Notes: generated by a model not told the origin, from the sequence alone. Positions 10,638 through 22,433 are shown, numbered from the stretch's first letter. The stretch is 64,000 nucleotides of DNA from Patescibacteria group bacterium (GCA_028865725.1 JAGWJP010000002.1:168050-232049), one strand, 5' to 3'. Numbers and translations: made by a program.

Positions 10638-11114
10638 TTACTGCGTACGCATACAAAGGGCAAATACCGCGATACCAAATGCCACAGATACATTAAGCGA
10701 CTCCTTCTTCCCTCGCATAGGGATTTCGAGCATCATATCTGCGCGCATACGCACACTCTGCGATACGCCGCTCACCTCATTGCCCACAACAAGAGCACAC
10801 GGGCGTTGGGGATCGAGTGGCACATAATCAAACAACGAAATGCTCCTCTTCCCCTGCTCGAGGACGATCACGGAAATACCGTCCTTTTGAAGACGCGCGA
10901 CAAGACGCGCAATATTTGGTACATGCTCCCACGGCACAAACTCCTCTGCACCAAGTGAGACCTTGATAAATCGCGGATCAGGATTTTGAAAGCGATCGAC
11001 AGGAAGCGGTGTGATGCCGCAGCAATAGATTTTTTCTACCCCTGCGGCATCAGCCGTCCGAAAGATCGAACCTACATTATGAATACTGCGAATATTATCG
11101 AGAATAACGATCAT
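10638..11114 (-). CDS. TrmH/SpoU family RNA methyltransferase
   Basis: NIRSIHNVGSIFRTAD, VVGNEVSG, IPMRGKKESLNVSVA. Confidence 0.95.
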   Translation of the reverse strand: MIVILDNIRSIHNVGSIFRTADAAGVEKIYCCGITPLPVDRFQNPDPRFIKVSLGAEEFVPWEHVPNIARLVARLQKDGISVIVLEQGKRSISLFDYVPLDPQRPCALVVGNEVSGVSQSVRMRADMMLEIPMRGKKESLNVSVAFGIAVFALCMRTQ

Positions 11115-12604
11115 TAAAGTATGAGAGTCGCTTTTTCTTCGTCGGAGAGGGTATAGTAGGGAATAAGCACTTTCTCAAGAATTTCTAGCTTTTCTTCTCG
11201 AGAGAGAAACTGATCAGGGCCCCGACTTGGTTTCCCTGCGCGAAGCCACTTATTATAACTCTCAAAAAATTTAACAAACGGAAGAGAAATGAGCACAATG
11301 TCCGCAACGGGTCTTTTGATAAGTGCACTATATGTTTCGCTGCCCAGTCTCTTGCGCCCCTTATTTGTTCGTCTTTCTTTATGAGAAAGGAACCTACCTG
11401 TTACGAGCGTAAGCTGAACGCCTATTCTTCGTTTTGTTGTTATGTACTCCTCTCGCGGCATGTCATCTCCTTCGATCGCGATGCCTCGTGGTGTGATATT
11501 CACAAGAACGCGAAAATCATACTTCAATTGAGCATCTTCAAAAATATTTGCTCCCTCGAAACGAAAAAGAAGCTGCGGATTGTTATGTTGAATACGAGTC
11601 AAGAAACTTCGCACCATATATTCAGCCAAAAGACCTTCTTTATCTCTTGTCTGCTCTAAACATTCCAAATCTTTAGCTAAAAATTGATAACCCATGGTAA
11701 ACAAATTTAATCGAGAAAACGTAGCGTTAAGCTCTTCATCAAAATTACGCTCAAGCTTGCGCCGTGCTTCGGTAATATCGGAAAGCTTCCGAACCTTCCT
11801 CCACACGCTCCGTGGCACCGAACGGTCTGGCGCATACTGAATACCCCACTCATAGTCGGCAACAATATCACCCCATGCAATAGTATGGCGTCCCGCTTCA
11901 TCCAAGACAAACAATCTATTCGTATTGTCATCATACCGCACAATCTTCCTATCCAACTGTTCATCTGCCGGATAATCTTTATGAGCATCGATATCCTGTA
12001 AACGTGTTTTGAGTTCCTTCTTGATGACTTCACGTTCATGTAATACAAGACTCATGGAGGGCACGGCAGCAGGAGATTTTTTTACATGTTCCATTTGAAC
12101 AGATCCTTCTGATACATGTTTTTTCTGTTGTCTTTTCCTCGCTTTTTTTCGCAATCTTTTTTCATGCCGCGTAAGATCTTCCCGCGACAAACTACTCCTA
12201 TACTCTTCTTCCCATTGCGGACGCAAGATTCTGCGAATTTCGTTCGTCAGACCTGCAAAACGAGTCACGTCTTTCTTTCGTCCTTTATACTCAAAAAGCC
12301 GTTGCCATATCTCACGGGCTTCCGGACCAAGAAGATCCTGATGATCAGCAAACCACTCGATCACAAAACGATAAAAAGGCCTCCTTGGACTTGTTTCAAC
12401 TTTTTTTTCTACTAAATCTTCTTTGGACTTTTCAGCTTCTTCTGCCACGATTTCATCAAATCGATGGCTCAATACCAGCGTGCGCTCAAGCAACTCCTCT
12501 TCGCGATGAAGAATAGGGTCCGTATCGCGCAAAAGCCCGAATTCGCCTTCCTGTGTCTCGGCTTTTTTTGATTGTCCAGTTTTTTCTCTCGGCAATATTT
12601 CCAT
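11114..12604 (-). CDS. Hypothetical protein with a possible C-terminal nuclease-like fold
   Basis: 496 aa charged protein; GLLAE...EDAQLKYDF...GVQLT pattern. Confidence 0.6.
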   Translation of the reverse strand: MEILPREKTGQSKKAETQEGEFGLLRDTDPILHREEELLERTLVLSHRFDEIVAEEAEKSKEDLVEKKVETSPRRPFYRFVIEWFADHQDLLGPEAREIWQRLFEYKGRKKDVTRFAGLTNEIRRILRPQWEEEYRSSLSREDLTRHEKRLRKKARKRQQKKHVSEGSVQMEHVKKSPAAVPSMSLVLHEREVIKKELKTRLQDIDAHKDYPADEQLDRKIVRYDDNTNRLFVLDEAGRHTIAWGDIVADYEWGIQYAPDRSVPRSVWRKVRKLSDITEARRKLERNFDEELNATFSRLNLFTMGYQFLAKDLECLEQTRDKEGLLAEYMVRSFLTRIQHNNPQLLFRFEGANIFEDAQLKYDFRVLVNITPRGIAIEGDDMPREEYITTKRRIGVQLTLVTGRFLSHKERRTNKGRKRLGSETYSALIKRPVADIVLISLPFVKFFESYNKWLRAGKPSRGPDQFLSREEKLEILEKVLIPYYTLSDEEKATLIL

Positions 12605-12735
12605 ATCCCCATTGTACTTGCTTCATCCAAAAAGAAAAGAAGCTACTGCAATCGCAGTCATACGAGAACACTTGCCTCTGCACAGAACATGGGGTACGCT
12701 CATACGGGCAGTCGAACGATAAAGGAAGTGTCGAA

Positions 12736-13220
12736 ATGGGATTTTGGATCCACTTTTTTATCTTCTTCATCATAAAACTCTACGTGGTTCTCTGGTGTTT
12801 CATCGCGCTCCACGAACTTGGCCATGTCATTGCGGCATGGATGATGGGCCTCACTGTTGATACCCTTATCATAGGACGGGAATAGGTATTACGCTTCATG
12901 CGATTCCCCTCATGCCTATCTCCACCATACGCCTTCGTGCGCTTCCGCTTGATGGATATATGCACCATGAATACACGTCTTCTGCAAAAAAGGGTGCCTT
13001 TGTCGCAGCAGGAGGGATCCTCCTCACTTCCCTTATTACGCTTCTTCTTATCGCGATTCATCCTATCAATTTCGATATCATGTTTTGCGAAAATAGCCTC
13101 CGTGCCTACATGATGTGCGGCATATATCTAGGAATTCCGCTTAGCGTGCTCAATGGAATACCTCATGATGACAACGATGCCACAAAAATAGTTCGATTTC
13201 TAGGAAATTCAAAAATCTAA
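12736..13220 (+). pseudogene. Frameshifted M50 (site-2) intramembrane protease
   Basis: HELGH in the first frame; LPLDGY, VAAGG and N.IP..DND in the second frame; a 1-nt loss near 12875 would join IIG to TGIGITL. Confidence 0.75.
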
Positions 13221-13286
13221 TATCCACGAACATAATTCGTGGAATTTTTTTATATAAAAAAGCGCGACATCTGCCGCGCGTTGTTG

Positions 13287-14000
13287 TTATCTTTGTTTGA
13301 AAAACTCTTGAATTTCGGAGATCGGACGCCATACCACGAAATGCTTAAAATCTTCTTCACAAAGAGGTTTGAGAAGACGAGGTTCATTCTCTTTCCACAC
13401 ATCCCCTATCTCATGGGGTTGAACACGATAAGTAAAAAGATCATAGTGGGCGAGAAGCACGCGATATCCCTGTTTACCCGGACGAGATCTGTCTGTTTGC
13501 TCGTGGTATCCGCATAACGCACAGCTTCGTTCTCCCAAATAAGCATCTCCATGACCGTCTACAAAATAATATTCAAGGCCATATCCCACGATCCACCGAT
13601 GATCACAAATTTCTTGCAACACCTTGATCAAACTCTCCCGCCGGGCAAGCATTTCATTGCGCTGTCGAATCGTAATATCGAGCGACTCACTGTCTTCAGT
13701 AAGCTCCACGATTGTAGCGCGAAATCTCTCTACCTCTTCAGGGAATGGTTCGGACAAAAGCATCTTCCACTTTAGGTCATGGAGTTTTTTTGCACATGCT
13801 TGTAACTTTGGGTCTAGCGCTGCCTCGTCTGCGGTGCGAAGTTCTTTAAGCTTTTCCACCCGCTCCATTTCATAACGACGCTTCTCGCGTAACAGGGTTT
13901 CCGCAGACCTGTTCACTTCTAAAAACTCCTCCCATTCTCCCTCAAATTCAACACGTTCACGACAGCCGCTCTCATCATCCGCACTTCGACTTTCTTTCAT
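13287..14000 (-). CDS. Coiled-coil/zinc-finger hypothetical protein, paralog A
   Basis: CDH...CALC; start at MKESRS after GGGAG SD. Confidence 0.75.
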   Translation of the reverse strand: MKESRSADDESGCRERVEFEGEWEEFLEVNRSAETLLREKRRYEMERVEKLKELRTADEAALDPKLQACAKKLHDLKWKMLLSEPFPEEVERFRATIVELTEDSESLDITIRQRNEMLARRESLIKVLQEICDHRWIVGYGLEYYFVDGHGDAYLGERSCALCGYHEQTDRSRPGKQGYRVLLAHYDLFTYRVQPHEIGDVWKENEPRLLKPLCEEDFKHFVVWRPISEIQEFFKQR

Positions 14001-14139
14001 AATGATTCTTCTCCCTTCCGGCGATTCAGCCTGCTCACGGCAGGAGCAAAACATCGCCTCTTTTTCAAAGAACACTTATAATTAACCACGTTATAAAAGA
14101 AAAAGCAATACGCCGGAGGATACCAGCGTATAAGAGAAT

Positions 14140-14844
14140 CTACATACCATAGAAATGCAGAGGGCCACGAAAAAACTCCCGGAGTTCGGAAAGAGGACGC
14201 CATATATCAAATTTGGAAAATTCCTTTCGATCCATACCCAAATACAATCGCTCGCACCCCTTATATTCTACAAGAACATCTGTATTTGTTTTGTCTGCAT
14301 ACTGCATATACGAAGGCGCGCTGCTCTGAAAACTAAACAATTGAGAGGGGCTTGCAAGAACCTCATAATAAGGCGTCTGATTTTGATCACGCGTATGCTT
14401 TTCTTTCTCTTCGAGGCCGCACACTACGCATGTGCGATTTCCCGAATATGCGTCATCATAATCCATCTCATGCGATCCACTATATCCAGAATACCCTATG
14501 ACAAGCCGATGAGCACACATTCTCTGCAGATGCGCTTCAAGTTCCCTCCTCTTCGTTGATACTTCTTTCAATGATTTTACCGTTTCGTCCTGAGACTCTT
14601 CCCGACGCCGGAGCGCAAGAATCTCCCCGCGCAGCGTGACAAGTTTAAAAGGAAATTCACGATAAAGGACAAGCATACGCTTTGTCTCATTTGCCTGACG
14701 CACCAATACCTCAATCCGTTCATCAATTTCTTTTTCCTTTGCGTGAAGCACCGACACTTTTCTGTGAATCCCTGGTTTTTGTTTGAGAAGTATTGCTATT
14801 TCCTTAACCAGCCCAGCAAGCATCTCCTTCGCCGTATCGCTCAT
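14140..14844 (-). CDS. Coiled-coil/zinc-finger hypothetical protein, paralog B
   Basis: CAH...CVVC; shares WRP.SE..EFF with paralog A; AAGGAG SD. Confidence 0.75.
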   Translation of the reverse strand: MSDTAKEMLAGLVKEIAILLKQKPGIHRKVSVLHAKEKEIDERIEVLVRQANETKRMLVLYREFPFKLVTLRGEILALRRREESQDETVKSLKEVSTKRRELEAHLQRMCAHRLVIGYSGYSGSHEMDYDDAYSGNRTCVVCGLEEKEKHTRDQNQTPYYEVLASPSQLFSFQSSAPSYMQYADKTNTDVLVEYKGCERLYLGMDRKEFSKFDIWRPLSELREFFRGPLHFYGM

Positions 14845-14916
14845 AGCATCTCCTTCGCTTATTCAAAGACCCGTGCATACTATATCACTGCTATTTAAAA
14901 ACACAAGATACTTCTA

Positions 14917-16767
14917 TTATTCCGTTGCGCTTTTAGTGTTTTGCGGAAGCGGCGTTGTGCGTGGCGTAAAATCGGTATCGCTATCGGTATCGCTATCGGT
15001 ATCGCAGCTATTTCCTCCATTCTCTGCGTCCCCGACGGCGGCAACGCATGCGCCATCCACCACTGTGTTGCGTTCAAGCGATTGTCCTGCAGTACTTGTG
15101 CTCACTGAGAAGCCGTAGTTCATCTCATCAATTTCCGTACCGCCCGCATCACGCAGGAGAATTTTTTCATTCTCTCCGTTCGGAAGCGACGCGATGCGAT
15201 GAACATCTGCAGCAACATCATTAAAATTTGCGGCATCATAATTATTCAGCCCCACAAGGAAAAATCCATGTGCTGCAATGGCGGTAGTATCCGACGCGCT
15301 ACTGCCAAAACGTGCCAAAAGTTCAGTAGACGTCGCATCGGTCTTTAAAAGATTAAGAGACCAGCTCCCCATGTCCACATCACTCTCTGTGGGATTATAA
15401 AACTCCACAAACTCCTTCCCCGCGTCGCTCCCTACGGCATCAAATGCTATCTCGCTTATCACCACATGATCAGCCGGTATTATCAAGGAAGAGGATGAAG
15501 CACTCTGTTCCTCTGTCGAAGATGCAGCAAAGACCAAATCAGCTCCGGAAGACGTAGAAGAACTCCCACTTACCACGTCGCTTGATGTCGCACTATCAAT
15601 ATCTGGTGTAGAAGATGCGATGGCGTCCGTACTTGTTGCATCGATTGCATCGGTCGAGCTTGCTTCAGAAATCGTCTCGTCGGTTGATGTCGCATCAGCC
15701 TGCCCTGCAATAACTGAATCACTTTGCAGGGTCGAACTCGCCGTCGTATCAATATCAAGAGTAGAAGATGCATCGGCGGTATCATCAGTTGACGAGGCAA
15801 TCACCGCAATCCTCAGTGAGTTTTCCCGAGCCGGCGTCCCCCATACTCCACTCACCGGATCGGCATCATTGGTATACAATGCAAATGTATCATCATCCTT
15901 CAGCTCCATGCTCCCGCGATTCGGATTGCTCGCGATTGAGGGAAAATCCTGCATGGTATCCACCCCATCGACAAGCGTACAAGCCGCATCAAAAAGCTGT
16001 ATCGTCTCCGCACTGTTATTCAATGCTCCGGTATAGATCTTGTCTGCAGGTATGTTCGGTACGCTCATATCATCAGTCCGCTCTAGGAGATAATACCCAT
16101 TGCCAGAAATAGCATCGGCAGCACCGAACACAATCGTAATGTCGGATTTTCCGCCATGCGCAAGAAGTTGCCATCCCGTGAGCGATACGGAAGAAGAGCT
16201 TGTGTTTTTTAACTCTATCCACTCATCTGCAGTGCTCTTCGCCGTACCCATCCATGCAATTTCGTTGATACGAACAGCATGAGACGGTACCGTGGTAGTA
16301 GACGCCGTACAATGCACGATTACATCGTTATGTTGAATAATACCGCCCGCCAATACGTTCGCGGTATTGGAAACATTAGGAAACGACACAATTACGGAAG
16401 GGATCGTGTCTTCATTTTCTGGGGAACTCGAACCAGCACCGATCGCGAGTGCCGCAACAGGAGAGGTGGAAGAAGGAGCGCGAGTAATTGTTTCCTTAAA
16501 TGCGCCTCCCTCATACTCGCTAAATTCAGTGGGATTACTCTCTTCAAATGTAACGACAGCTGGCGCAGTAACGGCAGTCTGTACTTCTGATTTTGCTTCA
16601 GAAGATAGAGGCTCAGTACTAGTAGCACTCTCCCCTTCATTACTTACCACACTCAGTGCGGCGAGATTGTGGGAGGCGACGTGCAAAGAATGTTGAGCTA
16701 AAAAAATAAGCGCCATACATGCGCCAATTCCCAAAATTACAACCCAACTCTTAAATACTACGTTCAT
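14917..16767 (-). CDS. Membrane-anchored surface protein with two lamin-tail domains
   Basis: VRINEIAWMG..DEWIELKN and VVISEIAFD..KEFVEFYN; S/T/D-rich linker; DTDS tandem repeat near 14971-15006. Confidence 0.85.
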   Translation of the reverse strand: MNVVFKSWVVILGIGACMALIFLAQHSLHVASHNLAALSVVSNEGESATSTEPLSSEAKSEVQTAVTAPAVVTFEESNPTEFSEYEGGAFKETITRAPSSTSPVAALAIGAGSSSPENEDTIPSVIVSFPNVSNTANVLAGGIIQHNDVIVHCTASTTTVPSHAVRINEIAWMGTAKSTADEWIELKNTSSSSVSLTGWQLLAHGGKSDITIVFGAADAISGNGYYLLERTDDMSVPNIPADKIYTGALNNSAETIQLFDAACTLVDGVDTMQDFPSIASNPNRGSMELKDDDTFALYTNDADPVSGVWGTPARENSLRIAVIASSTDDTADASSTLDIDTTASSTLQSDSVIAGQADATSTDETISEASSTDAIDATSTDAIASSTPDIDSATSSDVVSGSSSTSSGADLVFAASSTEEQSASSSSLIIPADHVVISEIAFDAVGSDAGKEFVEFYNPTESDVDMGSWSLNLLKTDATSTELLARFGSSASDTTAIAAHGFFLVGLNNYDAANFNDVAADVHRIASLPNGENEKILLRDAGGTEIDEMNYGFSVSTSTAGQSLERNTVVDGACVAAVGDAENGGNSCDTDSDTDSDTDFTPRTTPLPQNTKSATE

Positions 16768-16786
16768 AATCACCAAAATAAAAAAT

Positions 16787-16900
16787 GTAACGCGCGAGAT
16801 GAAATGCGCGACGCACAAGCCATGTGCGAAACGAACTGTATATACAATACAGTGAGTGAGCACATGCGTGGTGCAACAAAGCAGTTCGCTCGCGCGTTAC
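16787..16900. repeat. Nested-hairpin intergenic element, copy 2
   Basis: GTAACGCGCGAG...CTCGCGCGTTAC perfect 12-bp IR around CTGTAT..ATACAG. Confidence 0.6.
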
Positions 16901-16906
16901 GTTTTT

Positions 16907-16930
16907 TCAGTTGCTTTTCTCATCACCCTG
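16907..16930 (-). promoter_or_regulatory. 16S trailer arm of the pre-rRNA processing stem
   Basis: TCAGTTGCTTTTCTCATCACCCTG is a near-complement of CAGGGTGATAAGAAAAATAACTGA at about 18792-18815. Confidence 0.7.
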
Positions 16931-17040
16931 GGGTCGAAACATCTGGTTCCTCGACCAATACCATCTCCGATACATACCGGAGTATCGCCTACTAGGATTG
17001 TCTTCTTCATAGGATGAATAAGAACAAACGTATTCTAGTT

Positions 17041-18752
<1,712 letters not shown>

Positions 18753-18917
18753 AAAGACATACGCGGGGCTAACCGCATATGTTTTGTATCACAGGGTGAT
18801 AAGAAAAATAACTGATGAATCATCCTCGCGCCGTTCCTTGCTAAGAACGTGCGAGGTATGCATTTTTCAATGAACTTTCGAGTAAAATAAATAGCCTCTT
18901 TGATGAGGCTATTGATG

Positions 18918-18946
18918 AGTATAGACGATGAATATAATATGTCAAG
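18918..18946 (-). promoter_or_regulatory. sigma70 promoter of the 16S gene
   Basis: TTGACA-17-TATACT on the minus strand. Confidence 0.75.
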
Positions 18947-18993
18947 AGGCTTGATTTACCACACCATCTGTAGCTGAAGGATGAGACCAGGCA

Positions 18994-19704
18994 TTAATCA
19001 ACCTCATCGCATCGTACCTTCTTTTTGCGCCTCTCGCGAGAACATGAGGGCGTTTCGCAGGGTATGTTTCGACTCACAAGAAAATCAATAAAATTAAAAT
19101 CGGGTGGAACACAACAACGAAGAATCAATGTATCTCCTTCGATAAAATTGCTGGGAAAAAGCGTAGGAACAGGATCGTTGATATACTTACCGAAAAGTGT
19201 CACAAGACCGTCAAAGCTCAGATGCGATACGTGAAGACGATATCCAGAAATGCCCGATGTATGATCATGGACATTTCCATCTCGCATTACGAACAGCTCT
19301 CCTCCTTCAAACTCATGGTACGCATGCAGGCAAGGAAAGAATACATCACCGCTCTTGAACAACAACCGTTCCGCATCCCTGGTGACATCTATTTTAATTT
19401 CCCGGGGAGGAAATCGACACCGTGATATCCACGAGCGCATGAAAAGCGATGGTTCTTGGTACGATTTACCAGACGTGACATCACCAAGGAGATGCACTAT
19501 ACTCACAATTCCGTTTACACAATACAATGCATCTACTGCAATAATTTGATACTCATGAACATAAAACAATAAGAATGTGTTCAATGCAGGAAGCGTCACA
19601 TGCGTGTCAGAAAAATACCCTTTATATCCACGAAATTCCACATCAATTCCATTGCCTCGCACAGTAAATGTATGATCATGCATTCCTCCAAGATATAGTT
19701 CCAT
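18994..19704 (-). CDS. Hypothetical protein
   Basis: 236 aa ORF with TAAGGAG SD and upstream TTGACA. Confidence 0.65.
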   Translation of the reverse strand: MELYLGGMHDHTFTVRGNGIDVEFRGYKGYFSDTHVTLPALNTFLLFYVHEYQIIAVDALYCVNGIVSIVHLLGDVTSGKSYQEPSLFMRSWISRCRFPPREIKIDVTRDAERLLFKSGDVFFPCLHAYHEFEGGELFVMRDGNVHDHTSGISGYRLHVSHLSFDGLVTLFGKYINDPVPTLFPSNFIEGDTLILRCCVPPDFNFIDFLVSRNIPCETPSCSRERRKKKVRCDEVD

Positions 19705-19951
19705 TTTCCGAGTCTCCTTATATCAAGAGAACTGATTTAGTCTTATTCCGCCTACGTCATCCTGTCAACAAATCTTCAACAACAAAAAACGAATATAAAA
19801 AATAGGGGGCTACCAGTGGACTCTCCTTGAAATGTCTGTCGGCACTCTGGTGAGAACATGACGTCGGGATACCCGGAATTAAAACGGGACCACACAAATT
19901 TTTGCAAAAATTTCCTCGGAATACTGACTAGTATTCCGGTTAACAACTTTG

Positions 19952-20022
19952 TCGGGTCGCCGGGAGTCGAACCCGGTCCGCACGCACCCGAAGCGTGTAT
20001 ACTACCGCCATACTCCGACCCG
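19952..20022 (-). tRNA. tRNA-Pro(CGG)
   Basis: Cloverleaf; anticodon arm CACGC-TTCGGGT-GCGTG; GGTTCGACTCC; CCA not encoded. Confidence 0.93.
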
Positions 20023-20124
20023 ACAAAATTGTTAACCCCAAAACGTGTATACCCCGCCCGAACGTACCGTTCGGTACAGGCGGGTACCGGTGTACTATGA
20101 CCCGTGATTCTTTGTTTTTGCAGC

Positions 20125-20907
20125 TTACTCTTTAAATCGCCCTTTATCAAATAAATCTTTCATGGCGTGGCGCAATACAGTTTCTAATTCTTCCTCGCTT
20201 ATCCCTTCTTCTTTAAGAATCCTCCTATATTCAAACTCATCATCATACCGATAATCCAAAAGGGCTCCATACATAAGATTTCTCAACTCATCTTTGTGGA
20301 ATAGTGAAAAAAGATCAATGCGGTATTCATCTCGAAGTCGCTTCATAGCTTTTAGTGCCGAAGCCGAAGCATCACGCTCTAAAAAAGAGAGAGTCTGCAT
20401 AATGGATATCGTACTCTCTCGATTCGCTTCCTTTTTTAAAGAATCTAAAAGCTCGCTAAGTAAAGCGCTGTCTTTTTCTTTCTGAAATGTGTGTCCCGCT
20501 TCGTGAAAGAAGGCAAAAAAATCGTGCGGACTCCGAATATCCCCGATTAATAGAAAGTCTAAAGACCAGGCAACATGCCATGATCCTATATCATCCCGAT
20601 CACGGAAAAGAATTTTTTCATGCTCCGGTTGCTTAAAAAAAGACGGGGTCACGAGACGAAATCCAGGTGCGACAAAATCAGCGAGGTCTTTCTTAAACCC
20701 ATATTGTTCAACTGTAATAATCGCCTCTCCATTTTTTTCCTGGGCATCCAGCACTAATCCACCCGGCAATTCTTCGTGATAATGAAGCGGGATGTTACCT
20801 TTTCTGTATTCCGAACGCGGTGTAAAAATCTTGCGTACCGCATTACGCATTTCTATTTCTTTCGTGGATGCGTGCTTATGAAAATAATCTCTAGCTGCTT
20901 CGTTCAT
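20125..20907 (-). CDS. Hypothetical protein with HExxH zincin motif
   Basis: FFHEAGH followed by ERDA. Confidence 0.65.
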   Translation of the reverse strand: MNEAARDYFHKHASTKEIEMRNAVRKIFTPRSEYRKGNIPLHYHEELPGGLVLDAQEKNGEAIITVEQYGFKKDLADFVAPGFRLVTPSFFKQPEHEKILFRDRDDIGSWHVAWSLDFLLIGDIRSPHDFFAFFHEAGHTFQKEKDSALLSELLDSLKKEANRESTISIMQTLSFLERDASASALKAMKRLRDEYRIDLFSLFHKDELRNLMYGALLDYRYDDEFEYRRILKEEGISEEELETVLRHAMKDLFDKGRFKE

Positions 20908-20909
20908 AC

Positions 20910-22433
20910 TTACTTGCTCACAAAATGCTTTTTGAGAAGTTCTTGATCGATACGTTCCTGCGCGTCATGCGCGGTATCGCGTGCCTTGTGGGCACACATC
21001 AGAAGTTCTGCTTCTGGAATACCTGCAAGCTCCCGTGCACGCTTCAAAAGATGTTCTTTAGTATTCAAGGTCGGGTTTTCTAACACATCCTCCAATAAAA
21101 TAGCGAGTAGCGCGCCAATGCGAGGCCCAGGTTGTATCTCAAGCTCGCGCATTATGTCCTCGCCATTCACCTTCAACATTTTTGCGCTTATGGGATCTGA
21201 TTTTACCTTATCCACCATTGCTTTCAGATAACGCAAGCGATACGGCTGCGCCTTCGGAACTCCCGATCCAATCCTATCCGCCTCGCGTAATCGGAAAAGA
21301 TCCTCCACATTCTCAACCCCCACACGCTGCAACAGCCTGCGTACGCCTTTTAGGGTAACAGAGTCCGGATCATATACAAACATATGCTCGCGCACTAACA
21401 ACGCTATCTTTTCTGTGATTTCTTTTGAAAAGTGCAACCGGTCGCCAATCTTCAACACCATACGCTCGCCCACCACTTGATGTCCATAAAACGTACAATT
21501 TTCGCCCTCGCCGTGCTTTGTGTGTGGTTTTCCCACATCGTGAAATAACGCGGAAAGCCTGATGTCGAGTGAAAACTTTTGCTCCACGGCGTATTGAAGC
21601 GAACGGAGATTATGTTCAAATACGGTGTAGATATGATGCTTATTTTGTGAAACACCCACGCCCGCCTGCAACTCAGGGAAGATTCGCAGTAAAAGCCCTG
21701 TGCGCTCCAAAAGCTGCACCCCTTCAGCAGCGTGATCTGTCATAATAAGTTTGAAAAACTCATCGCGAATCCTCTCTTTAGCCACAAAATCGATTCCTCC
21801 CGCCTCTTCTCCAATGGCCGCAAGCGTAGCAGGATCAATCGTAAATCCTAATGTTGCAGCTAAGCGTATAGCACGCAACACACGCAACGCATCCTCGCGA
21901 AATCGATCCGCTGGATTTCCCACCGCACGAATTATCCCATTCCCCAAATCCTCCATTCCCCTAAACGGATCAATGAGTGTATTCGCATCGGCCGCATTCA
22001 TTCGCATAGCGGCACTTATATTTAACGCAATAGCGTTGATGGTAAAATCACGGCGCGCAAGATCCTCTTCGATTGTTTTTGAAAACGTAATCTCGTCCGG
22101 GTGGCGTTTGTCAGTATAGGTACCCTCCTTACGAAATGTGGTCACCTCAACAATAGTAAGACGAGGATCCTCGGAATCTGTCTTGATACCCACGGTACCA
22201 AAATCATTTTCATATACACACTCCGGAAAAAGACTTTGAATCTCCTCCGGCGTTGCATCGGTGGCAAGATCCCAATCATCGGGTTCGCGTCCCAACAGTA
22301 AATCACGTACACATCCGCCTACCAAATATGCAGAAAAACCCGCATGTTCGAGAGTATTCGCAATTGCGGTAATCTCCAGCATCGCGGCAACACGCACGAT
22401 GAGAGTCCTTGTTAATTGAAGCGAGGTTTCCAT
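20910..22433 (-). CDS. cca: CCA-adding tRNA nucleotidyltransferase with HD domain
   Basis: YLVGGCVRD, DWDLAT, EDLARRDFTINA, FREDALR, HDVGK. Confidence 0.93.
   Translation of the reverse strand: METSLQLTRTLIVRVAAMLEITAIANTLEHAGFSAYLVGGCVRDLLLGREPDDWDLATDATPEEIQSLFPECVYENDFGTVGIKTDSEDPRLTIVEVTTFRKEGTYTDKRHPDEITFSKTIEEDLARRDFTINAIALNISAAMRMNAADANTLIDPFRGMEDLGNGIIRAVGNPADRFREDALRVLRAIRLAATLGFTIDPATLAAIGEEAGGIDFVAKERIRDEFFKLIMTDHAAEGVQLLERTGLLLRIFPELQAGVGVSQNKHHIYTVFEHNLRSLQYAVEQKFSLDIRLSALFHDVGKPHTKHGEGENCTFYGHQVVGERMVLKIGDRLHFSKEITEKIALLVREHMFVYDPDSVTLKGVRRLLQRVGVENVEDLFRLREADRIGSGVPKAQPYRLRYLKAMVDKVKSDPISAKMLKVNGEDIMRELEIQPGPRIGALLAILLEDVLENPTLNTKEHLLKRARELAGIPEAELLMCAHKARDTAHDAQERIDQELLKKHFVSK

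Noticed and set aside
12883-12885. Stop-codon reassignment explaining the split M50 gene
   Set aside because: The continuation is in another frame, and TAG and TGA terminate intact genes elsewhere, consistent with code 11.
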